Of a stretch of DNA of 32,447 nt, positions 19,858 to 28,955 are shown one piece after another. Source of the stretch: Betaproteobacteria bacterium (GTDB taxonomy: Bacteria > Pseudomonadota > Gammaproteobacteria > Burkholderiales > SG8-41); contig JAOUIN010000003.1 of the NCBI GenBank assembly GCA_029883965.1, positions 1 to 32,447 on the forward strand, in the 5' to 3' direction. Made by a program: the position numbers and the translations under genes. Every line of letters begins with the position of its first letter. The first letter of the stretch is position 1. The notes below the pieces were generated by a model. It had not been told where the DNA came from, made no database searches, and saw only the letters and a list, made by a program, of their open reading frames with translations.

Positions 19858-19998
19858 GGCGGGCATATCGCGCAATTGGGAAGGCGCATTATAGGCGCTG
19901 GCGCAGGCCCGGCCAAATGCACCGGGATGGCGCTAAGGCCATGATAAACTTCGCGCTTTTCCACGCCGCAACGGCGCGAACCGGCGCACCCTTACCTC

Positions 19999-22900
19999 AT
20001 GACTTCCCGTATCCAGCAACTGCCCGCGCTGCTGTCGCGCCGCATCCTGATTCTCGACGGTGCGATGGGCACGATGATCCAGAATTACAAGCTGGACGAG
20101 GCCGCGTATCGTGGCACGCGTTTCAGGGATTTCGCACATGACGTCAAGGGCAACAATGATCTGCTGACGCTGACGCAACCGCAGATCATCCGCGAGATCC
20201 ATGAGCAGTATCTCGATGCCGGCGCGGACATCATCGAGACCAACACCTTCAACTCGACTTCAGTCGCCATGGCGGATTACCACATGGAAGACCTGGTGTA
20301 CGAGCTGAATGTCGAGGCGGCGAAGCTGGCACGCGCTGCCGCCGATGCCTATGAAGTCAAGGATCCGGCGCGGCCGCGGTTTGTCGCCGGCACGCTGGGG
20401 CCGACCAATCGTACCGCGTCCATTTCGCCGGACGTCAACGATCCGGGTTTCCGCAACACCAGTTTTGATGCGCTGGTTGCCGCATATACCGAGGCCGTGC
20501 GCGGCCTGGTCGATGGCGGTGCCGACTTGCTGATGGTCGAGACCATATTCGACACGCTCAACGCCAAGGCCGCATTGTTCGCAATCGACAGTTATTTTGA
20601 AACGCAAGGGGTGAACCTGCCGGTCATGATTTCCGGCACGATTACCGACGCATCCGGTCGCACCCTTTCAGGGCAGACGCCGGAGGCGTTCTGGAATTCA
20701 GTGCGTCACTCGCGACCCCTGAGCATCGGCCTCAATTGCGCGCTGGGGGCACAGCTGATGCGGCCCTACATCGAGGAAATTTCCACGGTCGCAGACACCT
20801 ATGTATGCGCATATCCGAATGCGGGTCTGCCGAATCCGCTGGCGCCGACCGGTTACGATGAACTGCCGGACGACACCGCGGCTTTCATCCTCGATTTTGC
20901 CAGGAGTGGATTCGTCAACATCGTCGGCGGCTGTTGCGGCACAACGCCGGCGCACATACGCGCCATGGCGCAGATTGTCAGCGGTGTGCCGCCGCGCAAA
21001 GTGCCGCAGATCGAGAAGAAAACCCGCTTGTCCGGGCTGGAGCCGCTGAACATCGGCGACGATTCGCTGTTCGTCAATGTCGGTGAACGCACCAATGTCA
21101 CCGGCTCCCGGGCGTTTGCCAAACTGATCCTCGCCGGTAACTACGCCGAAGCCGTGGCCGTCGCGCGCCAGCAGGTCGAGAGCGGCGCGCAGATCATCGA
21201 CGTCAACATGGATGAGGCCATGCTCGACTCGAAGGCGGCGATGACCACCTTCCTCAACCTGATCGCGTCCGAACCCGACATCTCGCGCGTTCCGGTAATG
21301 ATTGACTCGTCTAAATGGGAGGTCATCGAGGCCGGGCTGAAGTGCGTGCAGGGCAAGGCCGTCGTCAACTCGATCAGCATGAAGGAAGGTGTAGAGCCCT
21401 TCAAACAGCAGGCGAGGCTGGCGCGGCGTTACGGCGCCGCGGTCGTCGTGATGGCCTTTGACGAGCAGGGCCAGGCCGATACCTATGACCGCCGGATCCG
21501 CATTGCGAAGCAGGCCTACGACATCCTCGTCGACGAGGTCGGTTTCGCGCCGGAAGACATCATCATCGATCCGAACATATTCGCGATCGCCACCGGCATC
21601 GAGGAACACAACCGCTATGCCATCGATTTCATCGAGGCGACGCGCTGGATCCGCGAGAACCTGCGCTATGCGCGGGTCAGCGGCGGACTGTCCAATGTGT
21701 CGTTCTCGTTTCGCGGCAATGATCTGGTGCGCGAGGCCATCCATACCGCGTTTCTGTACCACGCGATCAAGGCCGGACTGACCATGGCCATCGTCAACGC
21801 CGGACAGCTCGGCGTTTATGACGAGATTCCGAAGGAACTGCTCGAGCACGTCGAAGACATCATTTTCAGCCGCCGGCCCGATGCAGCCGAGCGCATGGTG
21901 ACGTTTGCCGAGACCGTAAAAGGCAAGGGCAAGGTTGTCGTCGAAGATCTGGCCTGGCGCGATGCGCCGGTCGGCGAGCGGCTGACCCATGCACTGGTGC
22001 GCGGCATCACCAACTGGATTGTTGAAGACACCGAGGAGATGCGCCAGAAGATCGAGGCCGAAGGCGGGCGTCCGATCCAGGTCATCGAGGGGCCGCTGAT
22101 GGACGGCATGAATGTTGTCGGCGACCTGTTCGGCGCCGGCAAGATGTTCCTGCCCCAGGTGGTCAAATCGGCGCGAGTGATGAAGCAGGCGGTGGCGCAT
22201 CTGGTGCCGTACATCGAGGCCGAAAAGGCGCGTTCCGGCGACATCCGCGCCAAGGGCAAGATCGTGCTCGCCACGGTCAAGGGTGACGTACATGACATCG
22301 GCAAGAATATCGTCGCGGTGGTGCTCCAGTGCAACAACTATGAAGTGGTCAACCTGGGTGTCATGGTGCCGTGGAAACAGATTGCCGAGGTTGCCGTAAA
22401 GGAAAAGGCTGACATTATCGGCCTGTCCGGACTGATCACACCGTCATTGGAAGAGATGGCGCATAACGCCCGCGAAATGCAGCGCGCGGGCATGACGTTG
22501 CCGCTGCTGATCGGTGGTGCCACGACGTCGCGCGTGCATACCGCAGTGAAAATTGCGCCGCATTACCAGGGGCCGGTGGTGTGGGTGCCGGACGCGTCGC
22601 GCAGTGTCAGCGTGTGCTCCAGTCTGCTGTCGGATGACCAGAGCAAGGGTTACCTGAATGACGTCAAGGCCGAGTACGAGCGTATCCGCGAACAGCATGC
22701 GGGCAAGAAGGGGCCGGAACTGATTCCGCTGGCGGCCGCACGCGCCAACGCACTGCAGACGGACTGGAAAAACTATACGCCGCCGAAACCCGGGATGACC
22801 GGGCTGAAGCCGCTGAAGAACTATGATCTTGCTGAAATCGCCCGCCATATCGACTGGGCGCCTTTTTTCCAGACCTGGGATCTGGCGGGGCCGTATCCGG

Positions 22901-23703
22901 CGATACTCAAGGACCCGGTTGTCGGCGAGGAGGCGCGCAAAGTGCTTGCCGACGGACAGGCGATGCTGAAACAGATCATTGAGGGCCGCTGGCTGACCGC
23001 CAACGGCGTGTTCGGACTTTTTCCGGCGGCGCGTGTTGATCACGAAGACATTGCGATTTACGCCGATGAATCACGCAAGACGCCGCTGATGACCTGGCAT
23101 AACCTGCGCCAGCAGAACAAAAAGCCGAGCGGACGCGAGAACCAGTGCATCGCGGATTTTGTTGCGCCGCTGGAGTCGGGTGTTGCGGATTATGTCGGCG
23201 CTTTTGCTGTCACCGCCGGTCTCGGTATCGACAAGCGCATTGCGATGTTCGAGAAGCAGCACGACGACTATTCGGTGATCCTGCTGAAGGCGCTCGCGGA
23301 CCGGCTGGCCGAAGCGTTTGCGGAACTGCTGCATTTGCGCGTGCGTCGTGAGTTCTGGGGTTATGCCGGCGATGAATCATTGGGCAATGACGCGCTGATC
23401 GCCGAGAAATACCGCGGCATCCGGCCGGCGCCCGGTTATCCGGCGTGTCCGGACCATACCGAGAAGGGCGCACTGTTCGAGCTGCTGCAGGCGGGCCGTA
23501 TCGACATGCGGCTGACCGAATCCTTTGCCATGCTGCCGGCGTCGTCGGTCAGCGGATTCTATTTGTCGCACCCGCAGTCGCAATACTTTGCGGTGGGCAA
23601 GATCGACCGTGACCAGGTCGCCGATTACGCCCGGCGCAAAGGCATGCCTGTTGCGGACGTCGAGCGCTGGCTGGCGCCGGTGCTCGGTTATGAGCCCGCT
23701 TGA
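19999..23703 (+). CDS. metH: Cobalamin-dependent methionine synthase
   Basis: 1234 aa with [16 protein letters not shown] (Zn), [11 protein letters not shown] (pterin domain), [12 protein letters not shown] (B12 binding) and [12 protein letters not shown] (activation domain). Confidence 0.98.
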   Translation: MTSRIQQLPALLSRRILILDGAMGTMIQNYKLDEAAYRGTRFRDFAHDVKGNNDLLTLTQPQIIREIHEQYLDAGADIIETNTFNSTSVAMADYHMEDLVYELNVEAAKLARAAADAYEVKDPARPRFVAGTLGPTNRTASISPDVNDPGFRNTSFDALVAAYTEAVRGLVDGGADLLMVETIFDTLNAKAALFAIDSYFETQGVNLPVMISGTITDASGRTLSGQTPEAFWNSVRHSRPLSIGLNCALGAQLMRPYIEEISTVADTYVCAYPNAGLPNPLAPTGYDELPDDTAAFILDFARSGFVNIVGGCCGTTPAHIRAMAQIVSGVPPRKVPQIEKKTRLSGLEPLNIGDDSLFVNVGERTNVTGSRAFAKLILAGNYAEAVAVARQQVESGAQIIDVNMDEAMLDSKAAMTTFLNLIASEPDISRVPVMIDSSKWEVIEAGLKCVQGKAVVNSISMKEGVEPFKQQARLARRYGAAVVVMAFDEQGQADTYDRRIRIAKQAYDILVDEVGFAPEDIIIDPNIFAIATGIEEHNRYAIDFIEATRWIRENLRYARVSGGLSNVSFSFRGNDLVREAIHTAFLYHAIKAGLTMAIVNAGQLGVYDEIPKELLEHVEDIIFSRRPDAAERMVTFAETVKGKGKVVVEDLAWRDAPVGERLTHALVRGITNWIVEDTEEMRQKIEAEGGRPIQVIEGPLMDGMNVVGDLFGAGKMFLPQVVKSARVMKQAVAHLVPYIEAEKARSGDIRAKGKIVLATVKGDVHDIGKNIVAVVLQCNNYEVVNLGVMVPWKQIAEVAVKEKADIIGLSGLITPSLEEMAHNAREMQRAGMTLPLLIGGATTSRVHTAVKIAPHYQGPVVWVPDASRSVSVCSSLLSDDQSKGYLNDVKAEYERIREQHAGKKGPELIPLAAARANALQTDWKNYTPPKPGMTGLKPLKNYDLAEIARHIDWAPFFQTWDLAGPYPAILKDPVVGEEARKVLADGQAMLKQIIEGRWLTANGVFGLFPAARVDHEDIAIYADESRKTPLMTWHNLRQQNKKPSGRENQCIADFVAPLESGVADYVGAFAVTAGLGIDKRIAMFEKQHDDYSVILLKALADRLAEAFAELLHLRVRREFWGYAGDESLGNDALIAEKYRGIRPAPGYPACPDHTEKGALFELLQAGRIDMRLTESFAMLPASSVSGFYLSHPQSQYFAVGKIDRDQVADYARRKGMPVADVERWLAPVLGYEPA

Positions 23704-24566
23704 CACAGTTGTCCACTTTGTCCGCTGCGCAATACCTTGCGCTCGCTGATGCCGGGCGCAACGGCTGGTGGCGTTACAGTCTGGGCCTGTTGCTCATCGC
23801 GGTTGGCTGGCTGATCGGCGGCGGATACGCCTATACGGTGACGATGGATGCCGCGTTGTTCGGCAGCGTCAACGAGTTCGTGGCGATCAATGCCAGCGTG
23901 CTGACGCTGCTGGTCGGCGTTGTCGCCGTGACCGTCGTTCTGCATGGCCGCAGCTGGCGCACGCTGGTGACGCCGCGGTCGCGCCTCGACTGGCGGCGCA
24001 TGTTCGAAGGCGCAGCGGTGTGGACAGCTCTCGCCGCGGTCTGTGCCGTGGCGGAGCATCTGCTGTATCCGGGGCGATATGCCTGGAGCCTGAATCTGCA
24101 GGCCTGGCTGCCGTTTGTGGTCGCCGCGCTGTTGCTGACGCCGCTGCAGTGCGCCGCCGAAGAGCTGGTGTTTCGCGGCTACCTGCTGCAGGCACTGGGA
24201 CGACTGCTGCGCCATCCGGCGGGGCTCGCCGTCGTGAGCGCGGCGGCTTTTACACTGCCGCATCTGTTCAACCCGGAAATCGCCGCGTACGGCGCAGTCA
24301 TCATGGCGGCGAATTATTTTGTCATGGGGCTGTTCCTGGCGAGCGTGGCCTTGCGTGATGGCCGTCTCGAGCTCGCGATCGGCGCGCACGCCGGCAATAA
24401 TCTGCTGCTGGCGCTGGTCATCAATTACGAGGACTCGGTGTACCGTACCGAGTCGGTGTTTGCTGCGGGCGAACTGGATCCCGTATATTCTCTGGTGACG
24501 CTGGTGCTCAGTGCGCTGGCGTTTCATTTGTGGGTGTTCAGCAAACGCCGTGACCGCCATGAATAG
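23700..24566 (+). CDS. CPBP (type II CAAX/Abi) family intramembrane glutamic endopeptidase
   Basis: Motifs EELVFRGY (EExxxR), FTLPH (FxxxH) and HAGNN (HxxxN); multiple TM segments; 4-nt overlap with metH. Confidence 0.88.
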   Translation: MTQLSTLSAAQYLALADAGRNGWWRYSLGLLLIAVGWLIGGGYAYTVTMDAALFGSVNEFVAINASVLTLLVGVVAVTVVLHGRSWRTLVTPRSRLDWRRMFEGAAVWTALAAVCAVAEHLLYPGRYAWSLNLQAWLPFVVAALLLTPLQCAAEELVFRGYLLQALGRLLRHPAGLAVVSAAAFTLPHLFNPEIAAYGAVIMAANYFVMGLFLASVALRDGRLELAIGAHAGNNLLLALVINYEDSVYRTESVFAAGELDPVYSLVTLVLSALAFHLWVFSKRRDRHE

Positions 24567-25320
24567 CGGGTTTTCCGCAGCCGAAATTGCGCACTTCGCG
24601 CGCGACGGCTACCAGATCGTGCGTGGTCTCGTGCCCGCGCCCGCGCGTGCCCGCATGCTCGAGGTTGCCGCGCGCGATCTGGACAACGCCGCCGGGCCTG
24701 TCGAGTACGAGGCCGACACGCAGTATCCGGGCTCACCCGAATCGCGCGACGCGCCGGGTGGGCGGACAGTGCGCCGCCTGCTGCAGGCTTATGCCCGCGA
24801 TGCGGTTTTTCGTGACTGGGCCACCGCGGCGCCGATCGTATCGCGGCTGCGCCAGCTGCTGGGTCCGCAGATTGCGTTATCGCAGGCACACCATAACTGC
24901 GTGATGACCAAGGATCCGCGCTACAGCAGTCTGACGAGCTGGCATCGCGATATCCGCTACTGGTCGTACCAACGGCCCGAACTGGTATCCGTGTGGCTGG
25001 CGCTGGGCGAGGAGCGGCCGGAAAACGGCTGCCTGCTGGTGCTGCCGGGCACGCACGTGATGACGTTTGATGCAGACCGGCTGGATGCTGCGCAATTCCT
25101 GCGTACCGATGTAACTGCGAATGCGGCATTGCTGCAGGCGCAGGTGAGCGTGGAACTCGATCCGGGTGATGTACTGTTTTTTCACTGCCGGCTGTTTCAT
25201 GCGGCGAGCAGCAATCGCAGCACGCGCACCAAGTTTTCAGCGGTGTTCACCTATCACGCCACCGATAATCAGCCGCTGCCCGGCACGCGCTCCGCAGGCA
25301 TGGCCGACGTTATATTATAA
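24559..25320 (+). CDS. Phytanoyl-CoA dioxygenase (PhyH) family Fe(II)/2-oxoglutarate oxygenase
   Basis: ATG 24559, FARDGY, WHRD (HxD), VWLAL..ENGCLLVLPGTH and GDVLFFHCRLFH (distal His). Confidence 0.88.
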   Translation: MNSGFSAAEIAHFARDGYQIVRGLVPAPARARMLEVAARDLDNAAGPVEYEADTQYPGSPESRDAPGGRTVRRLLQAYARDAVFRDWATAAPIVSRLRQLLGPQIALSQAHHNCVMTKDPRYSSLTSWHRDIRYWSYQRPELVSVWLALGEERPENGCLLVLPGTHVMTFDADRLDAAQFLRTDVTANAALLQAQVSVELDPGDVLFFHCRLFHAASSNRSTRTKFSAVFTYHATDNQPLPGTRSAGMADVIL

Positions 25321-25341
25321 CTTGTTGATTTTATTGATATT

Positions 25342-26667
25342 TTAGTGCAGCTTCACCCGCGGCTCGGTGCGTCGCGTGATCAGCCGTGCCAGCGTGTCAA
25401 AGAACACTTTGGCAAACCCGTGCAGCGCGTAGAGATGCATGCGGTAGAGCGACACATACATCATGCGGGCAAACAGACCCTCGATGAACAGGCTGCCGCC
25501 GATCAGCGCGCCCATCAGGCTGCCGACGGTCGAATATTCCCCCAGCGACACCAGCGAACCGAAATCGCGATAGACAAACGCACGCGCCGGCTTGCCGGCA
25601 AGCCGGCGGCGCAGCGTCGACGCCAGCAGAGTCGCCTGCTGGTGTGCGGCCTGCGCGCGCGGCGGCACATTGTGTTCGCGACCGGGCCAGGCGCAGGCGG
25701 CGCAATCGCCCATCGCAAAAATGTCGGAGTCGCGGGTCACGCGGAGTTCGGGCGTGACCACCAGCTGGTTCAGCCGGTTGGTTTCCAGTCCCGCGATGTC
25801 CTTGAGGAAATCGGGTGCCTTGATGCCTGCGGCCCATACCGTCAGTTCGGCGGGCACTTTGCGTCCGTCGGCAATCCGAACGCCGTCGTGTTCGACGGCG
25901 GTGACGCGCGCACCCGTCAGCACCTGCACCTGCAGTTTCGCCAGCAGTTCTTCGGTCGACTTTGACAGACGTTCGGGCAGCGCCGGCAGCACGCGCGGGC
26001 CCGCCTCGATCAGCGTAATGCGGATATCGCGCTCCGCGTCGATGTGCTCCAGGCCGAAGGCCACGAGCTCGCGCGTGGTGTGATGCAGTTCCGCGGCGAG
26101 TTCGACGCCGGTGGCGCCGGCGCCGATGATGGCCACCTGCAGCTGTTCCGGTCGCAGCGGTTCGTGCTGCGCATTGGCGCGGATGCAGGCATTGATCAGC
26201 CGGTTGTGGAAGCGTTCGGCCTGCGGCGGCGTGTCGAGGCTGATCGCGTGCTCCTGCGCGCCGGGTGTGCCGAAATCATTGGTGCCGCTGCCGACGGCAA
26301 TGACCAGCGTGTCGTAGCGGATCTCGCGCTCGCCGATCAGTAACCGGCCATCCTCATCGTATGTCGGTGCGACACGTACCACGCGGCGTTCTCGGTCCAG
26401 ACCGGACATGCTGCCCAGGCGGAAACGGAAATGATGCCACCGCGCCTGCGCCAGATAATCGAGCATGTGCTGATCCACATCCATGCTGCCGGCGGCGACC
26501 TCGTGCAGCAGCGGTTTCCACAGATGCGTACGCGAACGGTCGATCAGCGTCACCTGAGCCTGCCCGCGGCGGCCGACGCTGTCACCCAGACGCGTTGCGA
26601 GTTCAAGCCCGCCGGCGCCGCCGCCGACGACAACGATGTGGTGCAGGCTGGCAGAGTTATCGGACAT
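25342..26667 (-). CDS. ndh: Type II NADH:quinone oxidoreductase
   Basis: Two Rossmann motifs (VVGGGAGG and IIGAGATGVELAAEL), HLWKPLLHEVAAG, VPPRAQAAHQQ and C-terminus RRTEPRVKLH. Confidence 0.95.
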   Translation of the reverse strand: MSDNSASLHHIVVVGGGAGGLELATRLGDSVGRRGQAQVTLIDRSRTHLWKPLLHEVAAGSMDVDQHMLDYLAQARWHHFRFRLGSMSGLDRERRVVRVAPTYDEDGRLLIGEREIRYDTLVIAVGSGTNDFGTPGAQEHAISLDTPPQAERFHNRLINACIRANAQHEPLRPEQLQVAIIGAGATGVELAAELHHTTRELVAFGLEHIDAERDIRITLIEAGPRVLPALPERLSKSTEELLAKLQVQVLTGARVTAVEHDGVRIADGRKVPAELTVWAAGIKAPDFLKDIAGLETNRLNQLVVTPELRVTRDSDIFAMGDCAACAWPGREHNVPPRAQAAHQQATLLASTLRRRLAGKPARAFVYRDFGSLVSLGEYSTVGSLMGALIGGSLFIEGLFARMMYVSLYRMHLYALHGFAKVFFDTLARLITRRTEPRVKLH

Positions 26668-26726
26668 GCTGACAGTTCCGGCGTTGATCCGGCGACGGGT
26701 ATTGCATGCGGTTATTATTCCAGACT

Positions 26727-27356
26727 ATGACGCAGGAACGCGCCAATGTTTTTTATCGCCGGAACGCATCCGGTTATGATGCCAGCGCTGCGCGCACGAT
26801 GGCTCTGCGCCGCCGCACCATCGATCATCTCGTGCTGCAGCCCGGCGATGCGGTACTCGACGCCGGCTGTGGTACCGGACTGAGTTTTCCGCTGCTGCTC
26901 GACCGCACGGGCCCTGCGGGCAGCGTGATCGGGGTCGAAGCGAGTCCGGACATGCTGGCGCTGGCCCGTGCGCGCTGTACCGCAGCTGGCTGGCGGAACG
27001 TGACGCTGATCGAAGCCGATCTGGAAACCGTGGTGTTGCCGCACGTCGCCGATGCCGTGCTGTTCAATTACACGCATGACGTGCTGCGCTCACCGGCGGC
27101 GCTGGCCAATATTTTCCGCCAGCTGCGACCCGGCGCCCGTATCGCTGCCGCCGGCATCAAGCATCCGCCGCGATGGCTGGATCCGTTCCGGCTGTATCGC
27201 CGGTTCAAGTCGCGTGGATGTTACGACCGGTTCGAAGGACTGGACGCTCCCTGGGATCTGCTGGCGCGCGCGGTAGCAGATCTCCGGGTCGACAGTACGC
27301 TGTTCGGCACCGGTTACATTGCCTGGGGACATCTGACCGGTGGTCATGCGGAATAG
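26727..27356 (+). CDS. Class I SAM-dependent methyltransferase (UbiE-like)
   Basis: VLDAGCGTG motif I, VIGVEASPDML and LRPGAR. Start could be ATG 26727 or 26706. Substrate unknown. Confidence 0.85.
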   Translation: MTQERANVFYRRNASGYDASAARTMALRRRTIDHLVLQPGDAVLDAGCGTGLSFPLLLDRTGPAGSVIGVEASPDMLALARARCTAAGWRNVTLIEADLETVVLPHVADAVLFNYTHDVLRSPAALANIFRQLRPGARIAAAGIKHPPRWLDPFRLYRRFKSRGCYDRFEGLDAPWDLLARAVADLRVDSTLFGTGYIAWGHLTGGHAE

Positions 27357-27433
27357 AATCGTACGCAATGGTGTTGTAAGGATATCGGCAATGCAGCCGA
27401 CAAGGATCAGATGCACGACGCAGAAAGGCTGCA

Positions 27434-28738
27434 GTGACTGAGAAAAACATACTGGTGCTGTTCCCCAAGGACTGGGACCGGATCGAGCTCGATCACCCGC
27501 GTTACCGGTCCGGCTACCGGTTTTATTACGAAGGCTTTGATCTTTTCCGGTTTCCCGGCAACGCCCGGCTGCTGACGTTTGATGCGCGCCGGTACGTAGA
27601 CCGGCTAGCGCGCAAATACCGCGGGCGCATCGACGGCGTCGTCAGCAACAATGAACATTTCGGCACGCTGATCGCTGCGGCACTGGCGCATCGCCTGGGG
27701 TTGCCCGGCCCGGACCCTGCGACCATCATCGCCGCCCAGCACAAGTATTACTCGCGCTGCGTGCAGCAGCGTATCGTGCCCGAAGCGGTGCCGCGGTTTG
27801 AGGCCTTGCCTTACGGCGGCGGCACTTTCCGGCCGCCGCAGCTCGGATTTCCGTGCTTCGTCAAGCCCGTCAAGGCAACTTATTCAGTACTTGCGCGGCG
27901 TGTGGAGAATCTCGCGCAATTGCGTGCGCTGATGGATTTCTCGCCGCTGGAACAGCTGATTCTGCGCAAACTGGTGCAGCCTTTTGATGATCTGATGCGC
28001 GTGTATACGCCGTTCACGATCGGTGCGCAGACCATGATCGCCGAGGAATTGCTCGACGGTAAGCAGTTCAACATTGACGGGTATGTACACAATGGCCGGG
28101 TGACGGTGCTGGGTATTGTCGATGAGGTGATGTATCCCGGCACCCAGGCATTCATGCGCTTCGAATACCCGTCACGGCTGGAACCCGAGGTGCAGCAGCG
28201 CATGATTGCGCTGACCGAGAAGCTGCTGGCCGGCATGGACTATGGCTACGGGTTTTTCAATCTGGAACTGATTCTCAATGCCGAAACCGGCGCGATCCAC
28301 ATTGTTGAGATCAATCCGAGAATGGCATCGCAGATCGCCAATCTCTACCGGCGCGTTGACGGCTGCGATCCCTATGGCATGTTGCTGGACCTCGCGGTCG
28401 GAAATGCGCCGCGGCCGGATCGGGGAGCGGGCGAGTTCCGCGCTGCGGCGAGTTTTGTTTTCCGCCGCTTCGACGGTCGCGGTCCGGAGCACGTCCCCAG
28501 TGACGAGCAGATTGCGGCAATCCATCAGCGTTATCCGGATGCCAGGCTGATGCTGTACCTGAAGCGCGGCGCCGGCCTTGCGCGCGAGATGAAGTGGCTG
28601 GGCAGTCACCGTTATGCCGTGCTGAATCTGGGCGGCCGTGATTCCGCGGACCTGCATACGCGCTACGAGGATATCCGCCGCGAACTGGCGCTGGAGTCAG
28701 GCGCGGGGCCGGCGAGGGCCAGCCGTACAGCAACGTAA
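27434..28738 (+). CDS. ATP-grasp domain protein (amino-acid/peptide ligase-like)
   Basis: GTG start after GAAAGG. QHKYYSR, FPCFVKPVK, IAEELLDG, FFNLE and IVEINPRM are ATP-grasp motifs. Confidence 0.85.
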   Translation: MTEKNILVLFPKDWDRIELDHPRYRSGYRFYYEGFDLFRFPGNARLLTFDARRYVDRLARKYRGRIDGVVSNNEHFGTLIAAALAHRLGLPGPDPATIIAAQHKYYSRCVQQRIVPEAVPRFEALPYGGGTFRPPQLGFPCFVKPVKATYSVLARRVENLAQLRALMDFSPLEQLILRKLVQPFDDLMRVYTPFTIGAQTMIAEELLDGKQFNIDGYVHNGRVTVLGIVDEVMYPGTQAFMRFEYPSRLEPEVQQRMIALTEKLLAGMDYGYGFFNLELILNAETGAIHIVEINPRMASQIANLYRRVDGCDPYGMLLDLAVGNAPRPDRGAGEFRAAASFVFRRFDGRGPEHVPSDEQIAAIHQRYPDARLMLYLKRGAGLAREMKWLGSHRYAVLNLGGRDSADLHTRYEDIRRELALESGAGPARASRTAT

Positions 28739-28823
28739 ACCCGAACGATAATCCGGCGGCAATCTGTGCCATTGCGCGCCCAACGGCAGTCGCGGCGGCA
28801 TCGGGCGATTATAATAACGGCAC

Positions 28824-28920
28824 ATTCCTGCGTCAGGCGGTGCTCGGTCTGACCCCCGTCGCGGATGTGGGCTCAAGTCCCGACATTGCCGTTGCAGTAC
28901 CGAAGGACGGCGATGGGAAT
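28824..28920 (+). ncRNA. Candidate structured ncRNA or mpl leader of unknown family
   Basis: TATAAT at 28810-28815 is followed by several compatible stems, including a T-loop-like hairpin GGG-CTCAAGT-CCC. Confidence 0.35.
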
Positions 28921-28955
28921 CGCGTATCATCCGCCCCGTCAATCAGGGTTTAAAA

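Noticed and set aside
19895-19998. Cobalamin or SAM/SAH riboswitch upstream of metH
   Set aside because: The leader is too short and shows only small hairpins (TTCGCGC/GCGCGAA, CGCCG/CGGCG) without conserved aptamer motifs.
20698-22293. 531-aa antisense ORF inside metH (likewise 344-1393, 16619-17704, 23688-24560 and 28950-30353)
   Set aside because: Shadow ORFs expected from GC-rich codon bias opposite real genes; no recognisable motifs.
25295-25330. Possible dif (XerCD) site
   Set aside because: Only TATATTAT resembles dif; the XerD arm TTATGTTAAAT and the XerC arm are not matched.
28862-28890. tRNA or tmRNA gene suggested by the T-arm-like GGGCTCAAGTCCC
   Set aside because: No acceptor stem with CCA, no D arm or anticodon arm at canonical spacing and no tag ORF. 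Kept only as a candidate novel RNA.
28909-28955. Fluoride (crcB) riboswitch-like start GGCGATGG..TCGC
   Set aside because: Lacks the downstream GCTRATGAC segment and pseudoknot complement, and mpl is not a typical fluoride-regulated gene.
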